Part shown: one piece after another, positions 22,015 through 33,337 of the stretch
How positions within the stretch are numbered: the first letter of the stretch is position 1
Layout: each line of letters starts with the position of its first letter
DNA from: a virus
Strand: one strand, 5' to 3'
IMG/VR virus record: IMGVR_UViG_3300025876_000005
Coordinates: 136,643 to 176,489 of that record
Length of the DNA stretch: 39,847 nt
Notes under the pieces: model-generated
Database searches by the model: none
What the model was told of the DNA's origin: nothing
Seen by the model: the letters and a program-made list of their open reading frames with translations, nothing else
Program-made: the position numbers and the translations under genes

Positions 22015-24834
22015 ATGCCAACAGTAAAAAGAGATAATCTTATCATAACACAGGCCAGCTTTACAGAAGTGTTAAGAGGCCAAGAAGCATTTTTTACTTT
22101 TAACTTGTACCAAGATATACAGGGTAAAGATGTTAATACTAGTCTATTAGATGACTATGTGTTTACGCTTAAAGATTTAGACAACCAAACAGTAAAGACT
22201 TTTTCCAAGTCATTAGGTAACGTAACGCTCGGTAATCCGATTACAAGTAGCTTTAGAATACACCTTTCTGGCGAAGAGACCCTAGAATTAAAATCAGGTA
22301 GCCTCTTCTTAACAGTGTATATTCGCATGGGCATAAAGCGTCTTACTTTTGCACCGTTTAAAACTGGTGTAATCTACGCTTATGGAGACCAGTTAAAGAG
22401 TGGTGAGATCTTAACTAGATTTACACACCCAACTACAATTTACAGAGTACATGGTTTTGACTACAGTGGTGCAAATCCAAAACTGGGTGAAGTTGTGTTA
22501 AACTCAGCACTTACACGCTCTACAACTAAAGCGCTTTTTAACAAGACCGATTCTTTAGGTAAGATTAACGCTTATCTTGAGACAATGTTGCTTAAGAGAT
22601 TCGATGAAGATGGGGCTAAACTTAATCTGATTTTAACTAACGCAAACGACACAACACAGTATGCAATCTATAAAGTTACAGGTTGGGCAAGAGTTGACCT
22701 TAATACAGACGGCTCAAGCTCAGGCTCTTTAGACGGCATTGAAGTAGATCTAGAATACGAAGGCGGCTCATCAATCGAAGGTGAGTCTTTCTCATTTATA
22801 GTTAACGATGAGATTGGTCTTTGGATTGAATCTTTTAGTGACAATGCAAACACAATTGAAGTTAACTACACAGGAACATCTTACGGTGACGTTGGCAGAA
22901 TTGTATTTAGAGGTGGTTTCGACGTAAGACCTAATGTTAACGGTGGAGTTGACGTTTGGGTACCGGACATTCCAGAACTAGATGAGATTAGAGTTATTCA
23001 CGGTGAAGACGGTACGGACGGTACGGACGGTACAAGTGGAACTTCAGGTACTTCTGGTACAAGTGGTACATCTGGTTCTTCAGGAACATCTGGAACCGAT
23101 GGAACTTCAGGCACTTCTGGTACAAGTGGCACTTCTGGTACAAGTGGCACATCTGGCACAAGCGGTGTAGATGGCACTTCAATTACTATTTTAGGAACAC
23201 TTGAATCTGAAGATCAATTACCAGTTGATGAAAACTCTAACGGTGACGGTTATATTATAGCAGGCGATCTATGGACATGGAATCGTCCTCAATGGAATAA
23301 TGTTGGTCAAATCCAAGGCCCTGCTGGTTCTTCAGGTTCATCAGGCACATCTGGTTCTTCAGGTACTTCTGGCACAAGCGGCACAGACGGAACTTCAGGC
23401 ACAGACGGAACTTCAGGCACAGACGGAACTTCAGGCACAGACGGAACTTCAGGCACCTCAGGCACTTCTGGTTCATCAGGCACATCTGGTTCATCAGGTA
23501 CAAGTGGTTCTTCAGGTGTAAACGGTGTAGACGGTACTTATTTAGGTACGGATGGAACAAGCGGTTCTTCAGGTATATCAGGTACATCAGGTACATCTGG
23601 CAGTAGCGGAATAGACGGTGCACAGGCTACGGCTATAACACCAACGATTAAAAACTTAGAATTCTTTTCATGGTCTTCCGGCTCAGCTTATGTTTCGGGA
23701 ACTCCAAGTCTCCCCGGTGAAAGTTTAACTATAGAAATCCATGTAAGTGTATCTGATTACAATATTATTAGATTAGTTGCAGACGTTGAAGGTGATCTAG
23801 CTTATGCAATACAAAGATCTATTAATTCAACAAATCCTACTATAATTTATGAAGGTCAAACATATACTAACGATGTAATTAATCTTGAGTTTGTTGACTC
23901 ACACGGTGCTATTGGGGGAGATATAGTTACTTATGAGATATTAGGCTATGGTATTGGTGCGTCCAACCCACGCCTCGGAAGACTTTCGGATCTACAGCTT
24001 GTTGCATATGAATTTATGCATGCGTTAGCGGCAGGTCATTCATCAGGAACTAGTGGTTCTTCAGGAACTAGTGGCTCTTCGGGAACTAGTGGCTCTTCGG
24101 GAACAAGTGGTTCAAGTGGTGTTAATGGAACTATCGGTCCTGTTGGCAAAGACGGAACATCCGGTTCTTCAGGTACTTCTGGAAGTTCAGGAGTAAACGG
24201 CCAGGGCGTACCGACAGGTGGTACAGCCGGTCAAGCACTTGTTAAAATTGACGGCACAAACTACAATACACAATGGTCTGATGTAGCTGCAAGCGGTGGT
24301 ACAACACAAAGATTAACAGACTACTCAGAAATACACTACAATGCAAAAATTCAGAGCGGACCAGCTAATGGTTATAACACACTGCAATCCGCGCCCGGAG
24401 GTACATTTATAGATTTAAAATCTAGTTTAATGCCAATAGATGCATCCTCGGTTAACCTGTTACAGCCTATAACTACAGGTGGGCTTTATTATGCACTTAA
24501 TAATATTAATGGGGAGAATATATCAAGCTGGCACAGAGTAGAATACAATATTAATTTGACAGGGTCTGAAAGTACTGAAGTTATTACAGTCTCTGTTTTT
24601 GACGCGGCGGTAAGTGGTAGCATCTATCAAGATGAATTTACTTTACCGGCTGCTAGAACCTATGTATTTAGTGCAGAGTTTGTTGCTCAATTAAATAATA
24701 CGAGCGCTCTAATACTCCAGCTATCATCTGCTACAACCAATTCATCTGTAATTATTAATCAATTTAATTTTAGAGCAGCACAGTACCAAGAAGGTACAGT
24801 ACATGGCAATGATAACTGGCAGGGCTACGTATAA
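22015..24834 (+). CDS. Virion fibre-like protein with Gly-X-Y (GTS/GSS/GTD) segments
   Basis: N-terminal about 320 aa paralogous to 24894 ORF; three GXY blocks; GVPTGGT.GQ.LVK....Y.T.W motif. Confidence 0.8.
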   Translation: MPTVKRDNLIITQASFTEVLRGQEAFFTFNLYQDIQGKDVNTSLLDDYVFTLKDLDNQTVKTFSKSLGNVTLGNPITSSFRIHLSGEETLELKSGSLFLTVYIRMGIKRLTFAPFKTGVIYAYGDQLKSGEILTRFTHPTTIYRVHGFDYSGANPKLGEVVLNSALTRSTTKALFNKTDSLGKINAYLETMLLKRFDEDGAKLNLILTNANDTTQYAIYKVTGWARVDLNTDGSSSGSLDGIEVDLEYEGGSSIEGESFSFIVNDEIGLWIESFSDNANTIEVNYTGTSYGDVGRIVFRGGFDVRPNVNGGVDVWVPDIPELDEIRVIHGEDGTDGTDGTSGTSGTSGTSGTSGSSGTSGTDGTSGTSGTSGTSGTSGTSGTSGVDGTSITILGTLESEDQLPVDENSNGDGYIIAGDLWTWNRPQWNNVGQIQGPAGSSGSSGTSGSSGTSGTSGTDGTSGTDGTSGTDGTSGTDGTSGTSGTSGSSGTSGSSGTSGSSGVNGVDGTYLGTDGTSGSSGISGTSGTSGSSGIDGAQATAITPTIKNLEFFSWSSGSAYVSGTPSLPGESLTIEIHVSVSDYNIIRLVADVEGDLAYAIQRSINSTNPTIIYEGQTYTNDVINLEFVDSHGAIGGDIVTYEILGYGIGASNPRLGRLSDLQLVAYEFMHALAAGHSSGTSGSSGTSGSSGTSGSSGTSGSSGVNGTIGPVGKDGTSGSSGTSGSSGVNGQGVPTGGTAGQALVKIDGTNYNTQWSDVAASGGTTQRLTDYSEIHYNAKIQSGPANGYNTLQSAPGGTFIDLKSSLMPIDASSVNLLQPITTGGLYYALNNINGENISSWHRVEYNINLTGSESTEVITVSVFDAAVSGSIYQDEFTLPAARTYVFSAEFVAQLNNTSALILQLSSATTNSSVIINQFNFRAAQYQEGTVHGNDNWQGYV

Positions 24835-24893
24835 GACCTTAACCTAAGATACGTTTGATATATAGATAGAGACTAAAAAATAAACAATAAAAC

Positions 24894-27800
24894 ATGCCAT
24901 CAGTAAATAGTAATGATTTTATTCTACAGATACCTGAGTTAGTAAAGGTTAACCGCGGCGTACAAGCCCTGGTTACTACAACATTACACCAGAATTATCT
25001 AGGTAATCTAGTAGATATTGTCAACTTAAATGACGTTACGATAAAAGTAGTTAACCACGCAGGAACGACGGTTAAAATACTTAAAAAATCAGATTCAACT
25101 TTAACGTACGGAACCGGATCTACAAAAGGTAGATTTATTATCAATCTAAGCTCAACTGAGACTTTAGGCTTACCAGAAGGCGATGTCTATCTAGACGTTG
25201 TCATCAATTCAGGTGTTAAAGTAGTTACAATGCCAAGACTAAAAGTTGGTTTCACAATCGACGGTGGCCAGGCATTACCAGACGGATCAGTTGGAGGTAG
25301 ATTTACAATCCCAGCTCCGATCTATGAAGTTATATCTTTAAACTACGGTAACGATTTACCAGCAGCAGGACAAGTTGTCTTAAGCTCTTCTAATCCAAAT
25401 GGTTTAACGAAGATTGTCTTAAACAACACTGATGATCTAGGTAAGAGAAATGTATATGTAGAAACATTACTACAGAAAAGATTTACTGATGATGGCGCAG
25501 AGTTAAACCTCTTTGTTACTAATGTTAACAACACAAGTGAATATGCAATCTTTAAGGTTGTTTCATGGCAGAGAGTTGAAATTCTAGACTCAGGTGCTAG
25601 CAATAACTCTGAAATGGTGGATGGTATTGAGATTACCGTTTCACCAGAAGGTGCTTCTAGAACTGAGACTCAAGTTACTAAATTTGAAGTTGGTGATACT
25701 CTAGGTTTCTTCTTAGAGTCTTTTGCAAACAACAGCATTACAGTAGTAAATGGCTCAACAGACTACGAAGGTACAAAGAGTATTGAATTTGTTGGCGGCA
25801 TGACCGTTAGTGATAACGGCAACGGCAATATTGCAGTTAACATCCCTTATTTTGACAACGTAACCGGTACTATCAACGGTGTAGATGGTCAAGATGGAAC
25901 AAGTGGTTCTTCGGGTGTTAATGGTGCTGATGGAACTTCAGGAAGCAGCGGTGTTAGTGGTACAGACGGAACAAGTGGTTCTTCAGGAACAAGCGGTTCA
26001 TCTGGTGTTAATGGTGCTGATGGAACAGGTGGTTCATCTGGTGTTAACGGTGCTGACGGAGCAGATGGTCAAGACGGAACAAGCGGTTCATCTGGTGTTA
26101 ACGGAGCTGATGGCGCAGATGGTGCTGACGGCCAAGATGGAACATCAGGAAGCAGTGGTATAAACGGAGCCAATGGTGTTGATGGAACAAGCGGTTCATC
26201 AGGTGTTAACGGCGCAGACGGAAACGACGGTATTGATGGTACTTCAGGTTCTTCCGGTATAAACGGTGTAAATGGTATCGATGGAACAAGTGGTTCATCA
26301 GGTGTTAATGGTTTAGACGGAACAAGTGGTTCATCAGGTGTTAACGGAGTTAACGGAGTTAACGGTGTTGATGGAACTTCAGGAAGTAGTGGTGTTAATG
26401 GTGCTGACGGCCAAGATGGTGCTGACGGCCAAGATGGAACAAGCGGAAGTAGTGGTATTAATGGTGCTGACGGCCAAGATGGTGCTGACGGCCAAGATGG
26501 AACAAGCGGAAGTAGTGGTATAAACGGAGTTGCTGGTGCAACTGGACCTGCTGGAACTTCAGGAAGCAGTGGTGTTAATGGTGCTGACGGCCAAGATGGT
26601 GCTGCCGGCCAAGATGGAACAAGCGGAAGTAGTGGTATTAATGGTGCTGATGGTGTTAACGGTCAAGATGGGACAAGCGGCTCATCTGGTATAAACGGAG
26701 TTGCTGGTGCAACTGGACCTGCTGGAGCTGATGGAACTTCAGGAAGCAGTGGTGTTAATGGTGCTGACGGCCAAGATGGTGCTGCCGGCGAAGACGGAAC
26801 AAGCGGTTCATCTGGTATAAACGGAGCCAATGGTGTTGACGGAACATCTGGTTCATCAGGTATTAACGGAGTTGATGGCACAAGCGGTTCATCTGGTATC
26901 AGCGGAACTTCAGGTTCGAGTGGTGTTAGTGGCGCAGACGGAAATGACGGTACAGATGGTACTTCAGGTAGTAGCGGTGTTAACGGTCAAGATGGGACAA
27001 GCGGCTCATCCGGTATAAACGGAGTTGCTGGTGAAACTGGACCTGCGGGTGCGGATGGTACATCAGGAAGTAGCGGTGTTAATGGTGCTGACGGCCAAGA
27101 TGGTGCAGATGGCCAAGATGGAACAAGCGGTTCATCCGGTATTAACGGAGCTAATGGTGTTGACGGTCAAGACGGAACATCAGGTTCAAGTGGTATCAGT
27201 GGTGTTGATGGAAACGATGGTACGGACGGTACTTCAGGTTCAAGTGGTATCAGTGGTGTTGATGGAAACGATGGTACGGACGGTACTTCAGGTTCAAGTG
27301 GTGTTAATGGTGCAGACGGAAATGACGGTACGGACGGTACTTCAGGTTCTTCAGGTATCAATGGTGCTGACGGAAACGATGGTACGGACGGGACTTCAGG
27401 TTCTTCAGGTATCAATGGTGCTGATGGAAATAATGGTACTGATGGAACAAGCGGTTCATCTGGTGTTGATGGTGTATCAAATGTACCAGGTCCTGCAGGT
27501 ACTGATGGAACAAGTGGTTCTTCAGGTGTTAACGGAGCTGATGGAGCCGATGGTACAAGTGGTTCTTCAGGTGTTAACGGAGCTGATGGAGCCGATGGTA
27601 CAAGTGGTTCTTCAGGTGTTAACGGTGCTGATGGAAACGATGGTACAGACGGTACTTCAGGTTCAAGCGGTGTTAATGGTGCTGACGGAAACGACGGTAC
27701 AGACGGAACAAGTGGTTCTTCAGGTATTAATGGTGCTGACGGAAACGATGGTACAGACGGAACAAGTGGTTCTTCAGGTGTTAATGGTGCTGACGGAAAT

Positions 27801-28505
27801 AATGGTACAGACGGAACAAGTGGTTCTTCAGGTATTAATGGTGCAGATGGAAATGACGGTACGGATGGTACAAGTGGTTCAAGCGGTGTTAACGGTGCTG
27901 ACGGAAATGACGGTACGGATGGTACAAGTGGTTCTTCAGGTATCTCTGGTGAAGGCGTACCAACAGGTGGTACCGAAGGTCAAGCTCTTGTTAAAGCATC
28001 TGCTACAAACTACGATACAGAATGGGCTGATGCTGCAAGTGGAGTAACAAACTATCTACTAAGACTTGAATATGATACTTCAAATCACCTTGTAAATAGT
28101 ACAACAGATAATAGATTTATAGCAGCAACTGGATTTGAAACTTCAGGTGCAAGCGTGGACAGCGTAAGCGTAGATACTGGAAACACAATCTATACAATTA
28201 CAGTATCGTTCAGCAACGAATCTAATCCACCACAAAACATATTAGTTTATGCATGGGATCCTGTAAACTACGACTATCAAGTACATCCATATAGAGTTGA
28301 CTCTTCGGATCTAACAATTGATACAGACAACGGTGACTTTACATCATCTAACAACCAGTTCACACCAAATATTTTTGGTAGCTTTGGTTCAACAAGTTTG
28401 ACGATCGACGTAAGACAGGATTACATCAAGTACGTGAACGCAATTGGCTTAGGTGGTAATAGAAGATTCGCACACGCATATTTAATAATATCATTCAACG
28501 GATAA
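24894..28505 (+). CDS. Collagen-like fibre protein (about 700 aa [15 protein letters not shown] repeats)
   Basis: Almost uninterrupted Gly-X-Y about 25866-27955; same GVPTGGT motif. Confidence 0.85.
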   Translation: MPSVNSNDFILQIPELVKVNRGVQALVTTTLHQNYLGNLVDIVNLNDVTIKVVNHAGTTVKILKKSDSTLTYGTGSTKGRFIINLSSTETLGLPEGDVYLDVVINSGVKVVTMPRLKVGFTIDGGQALPDGSVGGRFTIPAPIYEVISLNYGNDLPAAGQVVLSSSNPNGLTKIVLNNTDDLGKRNVYVETLLQKRFTDDGAELNLFVTNVNNTSEYAIFKVVSWQRVEILDSGASNNSEMVDGIEITVSPEGASRTETQVTKFEVGDTLGFFLESFANNSITVVNGSTDYEGTKSIEFVGGMTVSDNGNGNIAVNIPYFDNVTGTINGVDGQDGTSGSSGVNGADGTSGSSGVSGTDGTSGSSGTSGSSGVNGADGTGGSSGVNGADGADGQDGTSGSSGVNGADGADGADGQDGTSGSSGINGANGVDGTSGSSGVNGADGNDGIDGTSGSSGINGVNGIDGTSGSSGVNGLDGTSGSSGVNGVNGVNGVDGTSGSSGVNGADGQDGADGQDGTSGSSGINGADGQDGADGQDGTSGSSGINGVAGATGPAGTSGSSGVNGADGQDGAAGQDGTSGSSGINGADGVNGQDGTSGSSGINGVAGATGPAGADGTSGSSGVNGADGQDGAAGEDGTSGSSGINGANGVDGTSGSSGINGVDGTSGSSGISGTSGSSGVSGADGNDGTDGTSGSSGVNGQDGTSGSSGINGVAGETGPAGADGTSGSSGVNGADGQDGADGQDGTSGSSGINGANGVDGQDGTSGSSGISGVDGNDGTDGTSGSSGISGVDGNDGTDGTSGSSGVNGADGNDGTDGTSGSSGINGADGNDGTDGTSGSSGINGADGNNGTDGTSGSSGVDGVSNVPGPAGTDGTSGSSGVNGADGADGTSGSSGVNGADGADGTSGSSGVNGADGNDGTDGTSGSSGVNGADGNDGTDGTSGSSGINGADGNDGTDGTSGSSGVNGADGNNGTDGTSGSSGINGADGNDGTDGTSGSSGVNGADGNDGTDGTSGSSGISGEGVPTGGTEGQALVKASATNYDTEWADAASGVTNYLLRLEYDTSNHLVNSTTDNRFIAATGFETSGASVDSVSVDTGNTIYTITVSFSNESNPPQNILVYAWDPVNYDYQVHPYRVDSSDLTIDTDNGDFTSSNNQFTPNIFGSFGSTSLTIDVRQDYIKYVNAIGLGGNRRFAHAYLIISFNG

Positions 28506-28525
28506 TAAATAAAAATAAATAGACA

Positions 28526-30448
28526 ATGTCAGTATACGATCCAACACATCCACCTCTGTTTTTAACAGGTACAATTAGCAGTATCAACTCTGGTCAAACA
28601 TATCCATACACGGATGAGACTGGACTTAATGCAGCGGGTGCAAAAATAGACTATACAATTACCGTAGGTAGTATTGACCCACAAAGTGTTGGTGACGCTA
28701 GTGTTAGAACAGGTGGTTCTAAACAATATACAGCACTTGACATTAAAACAGGCGACTGGATTGCTAATGCAAACGGTCAGATCTGTCTACAGATTGTAGG
28801 CGTTGATTCAAAAACAGACAGTGCAATCACTTTCACAGCGAAGGATATTGACATGATCTCTTATAAGACATACGCTAATAATGCAATGTCTAACGGTGAT
28901 ACAGTTGTCTTCTTTGAGGTTTCAGATAACGGTCAGCCACTAATTACAACAGCTGACATTACTGCATTCCAGAATCCAGGTTCAATTGATAAGATCCAGG
29001 GTCGTTTTGCAGCAACTGAAGAGACTGAAAGATACAGATTTGAATTTAGTGCAGCACAAACAGGTTACAACAAAGGTGATACAATTACAGTAGATACTAC
29101 TGATGGTTCTTTTGTTAAGTTTGGCGCAACTAATGCTTCAAATATTCCACTAGGTATTGTTTTAGAGAAAACAATGGGCGAGCGCGTAATTTACGTTAAG
29201 CCTTTCAATACAGTTATTGACAACTACTCTAATCCAGAACTTCTAACTGGAAGTGCAGGTGACGTTTACTATACAGATCCAGCCAATCCAGGTCAGATGA
29301 CAACTACACATGCTAGCGGTTCAAAAGCAATCTTACTACAGGTTAAAGATGCTATTCCAACTGTAATCACAACTACAGTTGCGGATTACCTACCGGACGC
29401 TAACGATTCATTAATCATCAATGGTGTTGAATCTTTTGAAGGTGGTGTTGATACAACGCCCGCTGCAGTTTCAGATCTTGTAAACTTAATTAACGCAGAT
29501 ACTACAACACACTTTGTAACAGCAAGTAAAAGTTCAATCTACGCTTCAACAGAAACAGGCGATGGTACAGGCCCAACTAACGGTGTAGTTATTGTGACAA
29601 TTACAGATGACGGTGGTTCAACTTACGACCCACTAGTAGTTACAATCGGCGACGGTACAACTTCATCTACAATTACATTTGATGAAAATACAGGCGAGAC
29701 TTTAGTAGAACTTACGGCTTTAGGCGCTCCAGGCTATTTCGCATTCACAGCAACTGAGATTGCAAATGTACTTAATGCTGACTTTACAGCCAATGGTATT
29801 AATCTAGAAGCTTCAACAGTTGATAGCGGTACAGCGGGTTTCCCGAACCTTAAAATCTCGGCAACTAGCGCAAGTGCTACAATTAATATCTCAGGTACAG
29901 ACACTGATAAACTAGCCGACACTTTCTTAACTGGAACTGGCGTGGCCGCAACAACTTCTGCTGCAAGCTCAGACTTCTTAGTCTTAACTAGAGCAGACGG
30001 TGGTGACATCTTGATTACAGCAAGCAAGGGTGACTACATTAACATAAATGGTTTAACTTCATCTTCAATGGGCTCTTCGGCAGTCCTACTAATGATCGAA
30101 GGTGCGGGTTCTACGATTTCAGAAACTGGCGTTGAAACATCAGATGATCTAGACTGGATCCCAAACAATACTTCAGCAGACGGCGACTATGCAGGTATCA
30201 CAATCACATATACGCCATATTCAGACAGTAACGTTCAAGTTACAGTAAACGGTGTTGGTGCTAATCTAGGTGATGGAGTAAAGACAAAAGACTGTTATTT
30301 CTCAGGCGATAATGGTACAACAGCCCGCGCAATTGCAGATATTACTGCAGGGGATAAACTTTACTGGAACGGCTCAATTGCAGGTTTTGAACTAGAAGAT
30401 ACAGATCTAGTTGACATTATTTATGATGCTTCAAGTAATGACGTTTAA
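28526..30448 (+). CDS. Putative virion structural protein (acidic, T/S/G-rich)
   Basis: 640-aa ORF, beta-rich composition, late cluster. Confidence 0.75.
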   Translation: MSVYDPTHPPLFLTGTISSINSGQTYPYTDETGLNAAGAKIDYTITVGSIDPQSVGDASVRTGGSKQYTALDIKTGDWIANANGQICLQIVGVDSKTDSAITFTAKDIDMISYKTYANNAMSNGDTVVFFEVSDNGQPLITTADITAFQNPGSIDKIQGRFAATEETERYRFEFSAAQTGYNKGDTITVDTTDGSFVKFGATNASNIPLGIVLEKTMGERVIYVKPFNTVIDNYSNPELLTGSAGDVYYTDPANPGQMTTTHASGSKAILLQVKDAIPTVITTTVADYLPDANDSLIINGVESFEGGVDTTPAAVSDLVNLINADTTTHFVTASKSSIYASTETGDGTGPTNGVVIVTITDDGGSTYDPLVVTIGDGTTSSTITFDENTGETLVELTALGAPGYFAFTATEIANVLNADFTANGINLEASTVDSGTAGFPNLKISATSASATINISGTDTDKLADTFLTGTGVAATTSAASSDFLVLTRADGGDILITASKGDYININGLTSSSMGSSAVLLMIEGAGSTISETGVETSDDLDWIPNNTSADGDYAGITITYTPYSDSNVQVTVNGVGANLGDGVKTKDCYFSGDNGTTARAIADITAGDKLYWNGSIAGFELEDTDLVDIIYDASSNDV

Positions 30449-30486
30449 CGTAGTTTAGGAACACTCTTATAATATTAGTATAATAC

Positions 30487-30519
30487 AGGCCCGTCTAGTA
30501 AAATTAGATGGGCCTTTTT
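30487..30519 (+). terminator. Intrinsic terminator
   Basis: AGGCCCGTCTAG/TTAGATGGGCCT plus T-run. Confidence 0.8.
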
Positions 30520-30583
30520 AATATATAAATATGAGGGGTCCAATAAAGTTCCCTTTAGGCCTAAAATAAACAAACATATACAC

Positions 30584-31291
30584 ATGGCATTAATTAAAAT
30601 TAAACAGGTTGAAAATTTATCTAGCGAATTATCTGGATTATCAACTGACATCCTTGCTGCTGAAAGCACTGCAATCGTTATTGCTGGTTCTCTAGACACA
30701 GTTCAGACAACTGCACTTGAGGCTTATGCTGACTCTGCTGAAAGCGATGCAATCGCTGTTGCTGGTTCTCTAGACACAGTTCAGACAACTGCACTTGAGG
30801 CTTATGCTGACTCTGCTGAAAGCGATGCAATCGCTGTTGCTGGTTCTCTAGACACAGTTCAGACAACTGCACTTGAGGCTTATGCTGACTCTGCTGAAAG
30901 CGATGCAATCGCTGTTGCTGGTTCTCTAGACACAGTTCAGACAACTGCACTTGAGGCTTATGCTGACTCTGCTGAAAGCGATGCAATCGTTGCTGCTAAC
31001 GCATACGCAGATAGCTTAGACGTATTAATGGACGGTAGAGTAGATACTCTTGAAGCTGCAATCATCGAAGATGATGAATTCTTCGTAGAGACGTTTACAG
31101 GCTCTCTAGTACTAGGACCTTACACTCTTGCAAATTCTGTTCAAGACAATGAGGAAGAACTAGTATGGGCTTATGTTAACGGCATATCAGTTGAAGTTGC
31201 ATCAGTTTCTGGTACTCAGGTAACTCTTACTACTCCAGGTTATGCAATCGATGCTAATGATACAGTTAAGTTCCACTATCAAAGTGCTTAA
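30584..31291 (+). CDS. Putative virion decoration/fibre protein with 26-aa helical repeats
   Basis: MALIKIKQV N-terminus; 4x AGSLDTVQTTALEAYADSAESDAI. Confidence 0.8.
   Translation: MALIKIKQVENLSSELSGLSTDILAAESTAIVIAGSLDTVQTTALEAYADSAESDAIAVAGSLDTVQTTALEAYADSAESDAIAVAGSLDTVQTTALEAYADSAESDAIAVAGSLDTVQTTALEAYADSAESDAIVAANAYADSLDVLMDGRVDTLEAAIIEDDEFFVETFTGSLVLGPYTLANSVQDNEEELVWAYVNGISVEVASVSGTQVTLTTPGYAIDANDTVKFHYQSA
30683..30989 (+). repeat. Four 78-bp identical tandem repeats (coding; last slightly truncated)
   Basis: Units start at 30683, 30761, 30839, 30917. Confidence 0.95.
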
Positions 31292-31326
31292 TTTATCCTA
31301 GCTAGATTTGTTAATCTAATCTAATT

Positions 31327-31357
31327 AGAAGGGCCCCATAAGGGCCCTTCTTTGTTT
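31327..31357 (+). terminator. Intrinsic terminator
   Basis: AGAAGGGCCC-CATAA-GGGCCCTTCT plus TTGTTT. Confidence 0.8.
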
Positions 31358-31394
31358 AATAAGACTGATAAATAAAATAAAACAAATCTTAAAC

Positions 31395-32597
31395 ATGAGA
31401 GTTGGTATTACTATAGGACTAACCAAAGGCCTTTCTATCTTTAGTAATGGTATAACACAGAATCTTTTAACCTTTTATGACGTCATGAATCAGCTAGAAG
31501 GAGTAGATAAAGTTTCACTTGTTGATCTTTACCAAAGAGACTTTGAAGAATATCAAGATTTTAAATATCTTGATGGATATGATATGGAACAATGGGACTC
31601 AGATATACAGAATAGATTTGATGTTTTAATATGTTTTGGTATTACACCGACCATTAAATATGTAGATCAGTTTAAATCTGTTAAAAATAATAAAGTTATA
31701 TCTTATAAATGCGGTAATACAGCTGCATTACAGATGGAAAACTTGATTTTTGATAGATCATATAAGGATAAGATCAATGAAAAAGAAAATAAGACACCAA
31801 TAGTAGAGCCGATTAAGTTTGATGAAATATGGTTTATACCACAACAAGAGTTTCATAACTTACAGATCTGGGAAGTTCAACATAATACTAAAGCTAGAGT
31901 AGTTCCTTTTCTCTGGTCCAGTAAATTTATTGAGCAGTCCATTGCTTTAAACAGAATAAAAGATCCAGAACTTAAAATATTTTTTGAAGAGAGAGGTGAC
32001 ATAGATATGTGGCGCGTAGCTACTATGGAACCTAATCAAAACGTTATAAAAAATATGTACCCATTAATCTGGTTATTTGAATATGCAAACAGACTTAATG
32101 TAGGTCTATTTGAGAAGTTTAAGATCACCAATGCCATGGAATTCTCAAAAAATAAATATTTAATCCAACTTGTTAAAAATTTATCATTTCACAAACAAAG
32201 AAAGCTTCTACTAGCTCCTAGGTGGAACGTTATTAATCTTATGGCTAGACATGCAGATGCTGTTATTTCACATCAGTGGGGAAACCCTTTAAATTATGCT
32301 TATTTTGATGTTGTTTACCTAGGTTATCCTCTAGTGCACAATGCACATCTATGTGCTGATCTAGGCTATTATTATGCAGATTGGAATATTAAAGATGGAG
32401 CTAGACTTTTAGTTGACGCGTGTAGCTCTAGAAAAGACGATAAAGAATATACTGATAGAAATCGATCTATTCTAAAAAGATATACTGTGGAAAATAAAGA
32501 GATGTTAAAACAATATGAACTTTTATTAAACAATCTATGGCAAAAGAACAAGATTGATAATAAAAAATATGATTGGAAAACAAATTTACTGAGATGA
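31395..32597 (+). CDS. DUF2827-family glycosyltransferase-like protein
   Basis: SIFSNGITQN, VPFLWS, EPN...K...P, VISHQWGNPLNY.Y.D, YPLVHN. Confidence 0.8.
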   Translation: MRVGITIGLTKGLSIFSNGITQNLLTFYDVMNQLEGVDKVSLVDLYQRDFEEYQDFKYLDGYDMEQWDSDIQNRFDVLICFGITPTIKYVDQFKSVKNNKVISYKCGNTAALQMENLIFDRSYKDKINEKENKTPIVEPIKFDEIWFIPQQEFHNLQIWEVQHNTKARVVPFLWSSKFIEQSIALNRIKDPELKIFFEERGDIDMWRVATMEPNQNVIKNMYPLIWLFEYANRLNVGLFEKFKITNAMEFSKNKYLIQLVKNLSFHKQRKLLLAPRWNVINLMARHADAVISHQWGNPLNYAYFDVVYLGYPLVHNAHLCADLGYYYADWNIKDGARLLVDACSSRKDDKEYTDRNRSILKRYTVENKEMLKQYELLLNNLWQKNKIDNKKYDWKTNLLR

Positions 32598-33337
32598 AAA
32601 CAGCCTTTATAATAACTTCTGCAATTAAATTTAAAGATAGTAGCTCAAGTGAACAGTTGGTTAGATTACAACAAACTATAAACACAATACATTCTATCAA
32701 GCTTAAAGTTAAAGATGCCCATATATTTTTAATAGAAGTTGGAAGTGATGAGCTGAATGAAGAATGGTTAAGGCTCTTTCCAAAGGATGTTAATGTTTTA
32801 TCCTTAGTGAACAACCAACGTATTAATTCGATACAAGAGGATGCTGTTGAATCTTCTGAAAGGATGTTTACAAAGTATACCAGTAAAGGTAAGACACCCG
32901 AAGAACTTAAAAAATTTATCAAAGTAGGCTATATAAAAAGCGTTACAGAGCACTTTGCTTTACAAATACTTTTTAAGGCATATGATTTTAGTTTATATGA
33001 CCTGGTTTTTAAAATTTCAGGAAGATACTTTTTAAATGAAGATTTTGTTTTAAGCAATTACAGTACTAATGGTATAACTGCAAAACAGATAGGCAAAGAC
33101 TCACAAGGTACTTCTTTGTGGGCATTTTCCGGCAATTATTTTAATCAATTAGAAAATCTTTGGCCTAATGTTTTAAAAAATATGCTTATAAGATTTAAGT
33201 CAGATAAAATAACAGACATTGAACAGTGTATGTACATAACTTATTCTAAATCTGAGATACCAAATAAATACATTAACACTTTAGGAGTTACTGGTGTAAT
33301 AAATAATCCATTCGGGCCATACTTATTGAGTTCATAA
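32594..33337 (+). CDS. Hypothetical, possible glycan-modifying enzyme
   Basis: FIITS, RLQQT..TI.SI, FKISGRY; ATGA coupling. Confidence 0.6.
   Translation: MKTAFIITSAIKFKDSSSSEQLVRLQQTINTIHSIKLKVKDAHIFLIEVGSDELNEEWLRLFPKDVNVLSLVNNQRINSIQEDAVESSERMFTKYTSKGKTPEELKKFIKVGYIKSVTEHFALQILFKAYDFSLYDLVFKISGRYFLNEDFVLSNYSTNGITAKQIGKDSQGTSLWAFSGNYFNQLENLWPNVLKNMLIRFKSDKITDIEQCMYITYSKSEIPNKYINTLGVTGVINNPFGPYLLSS

Noticed and set aside
22982-28047. Alternative-frame and antisense ORFs (VLQVLMEQ-, PEEPEVPS-, LKFRL-rich)
   Set aside because: By-products of stop-free Gly-X-Y repeats.
30683-30989. CRISPR array
   Set aside because: Contiguous in-frame repeats with no unique spacers; no cas genes.
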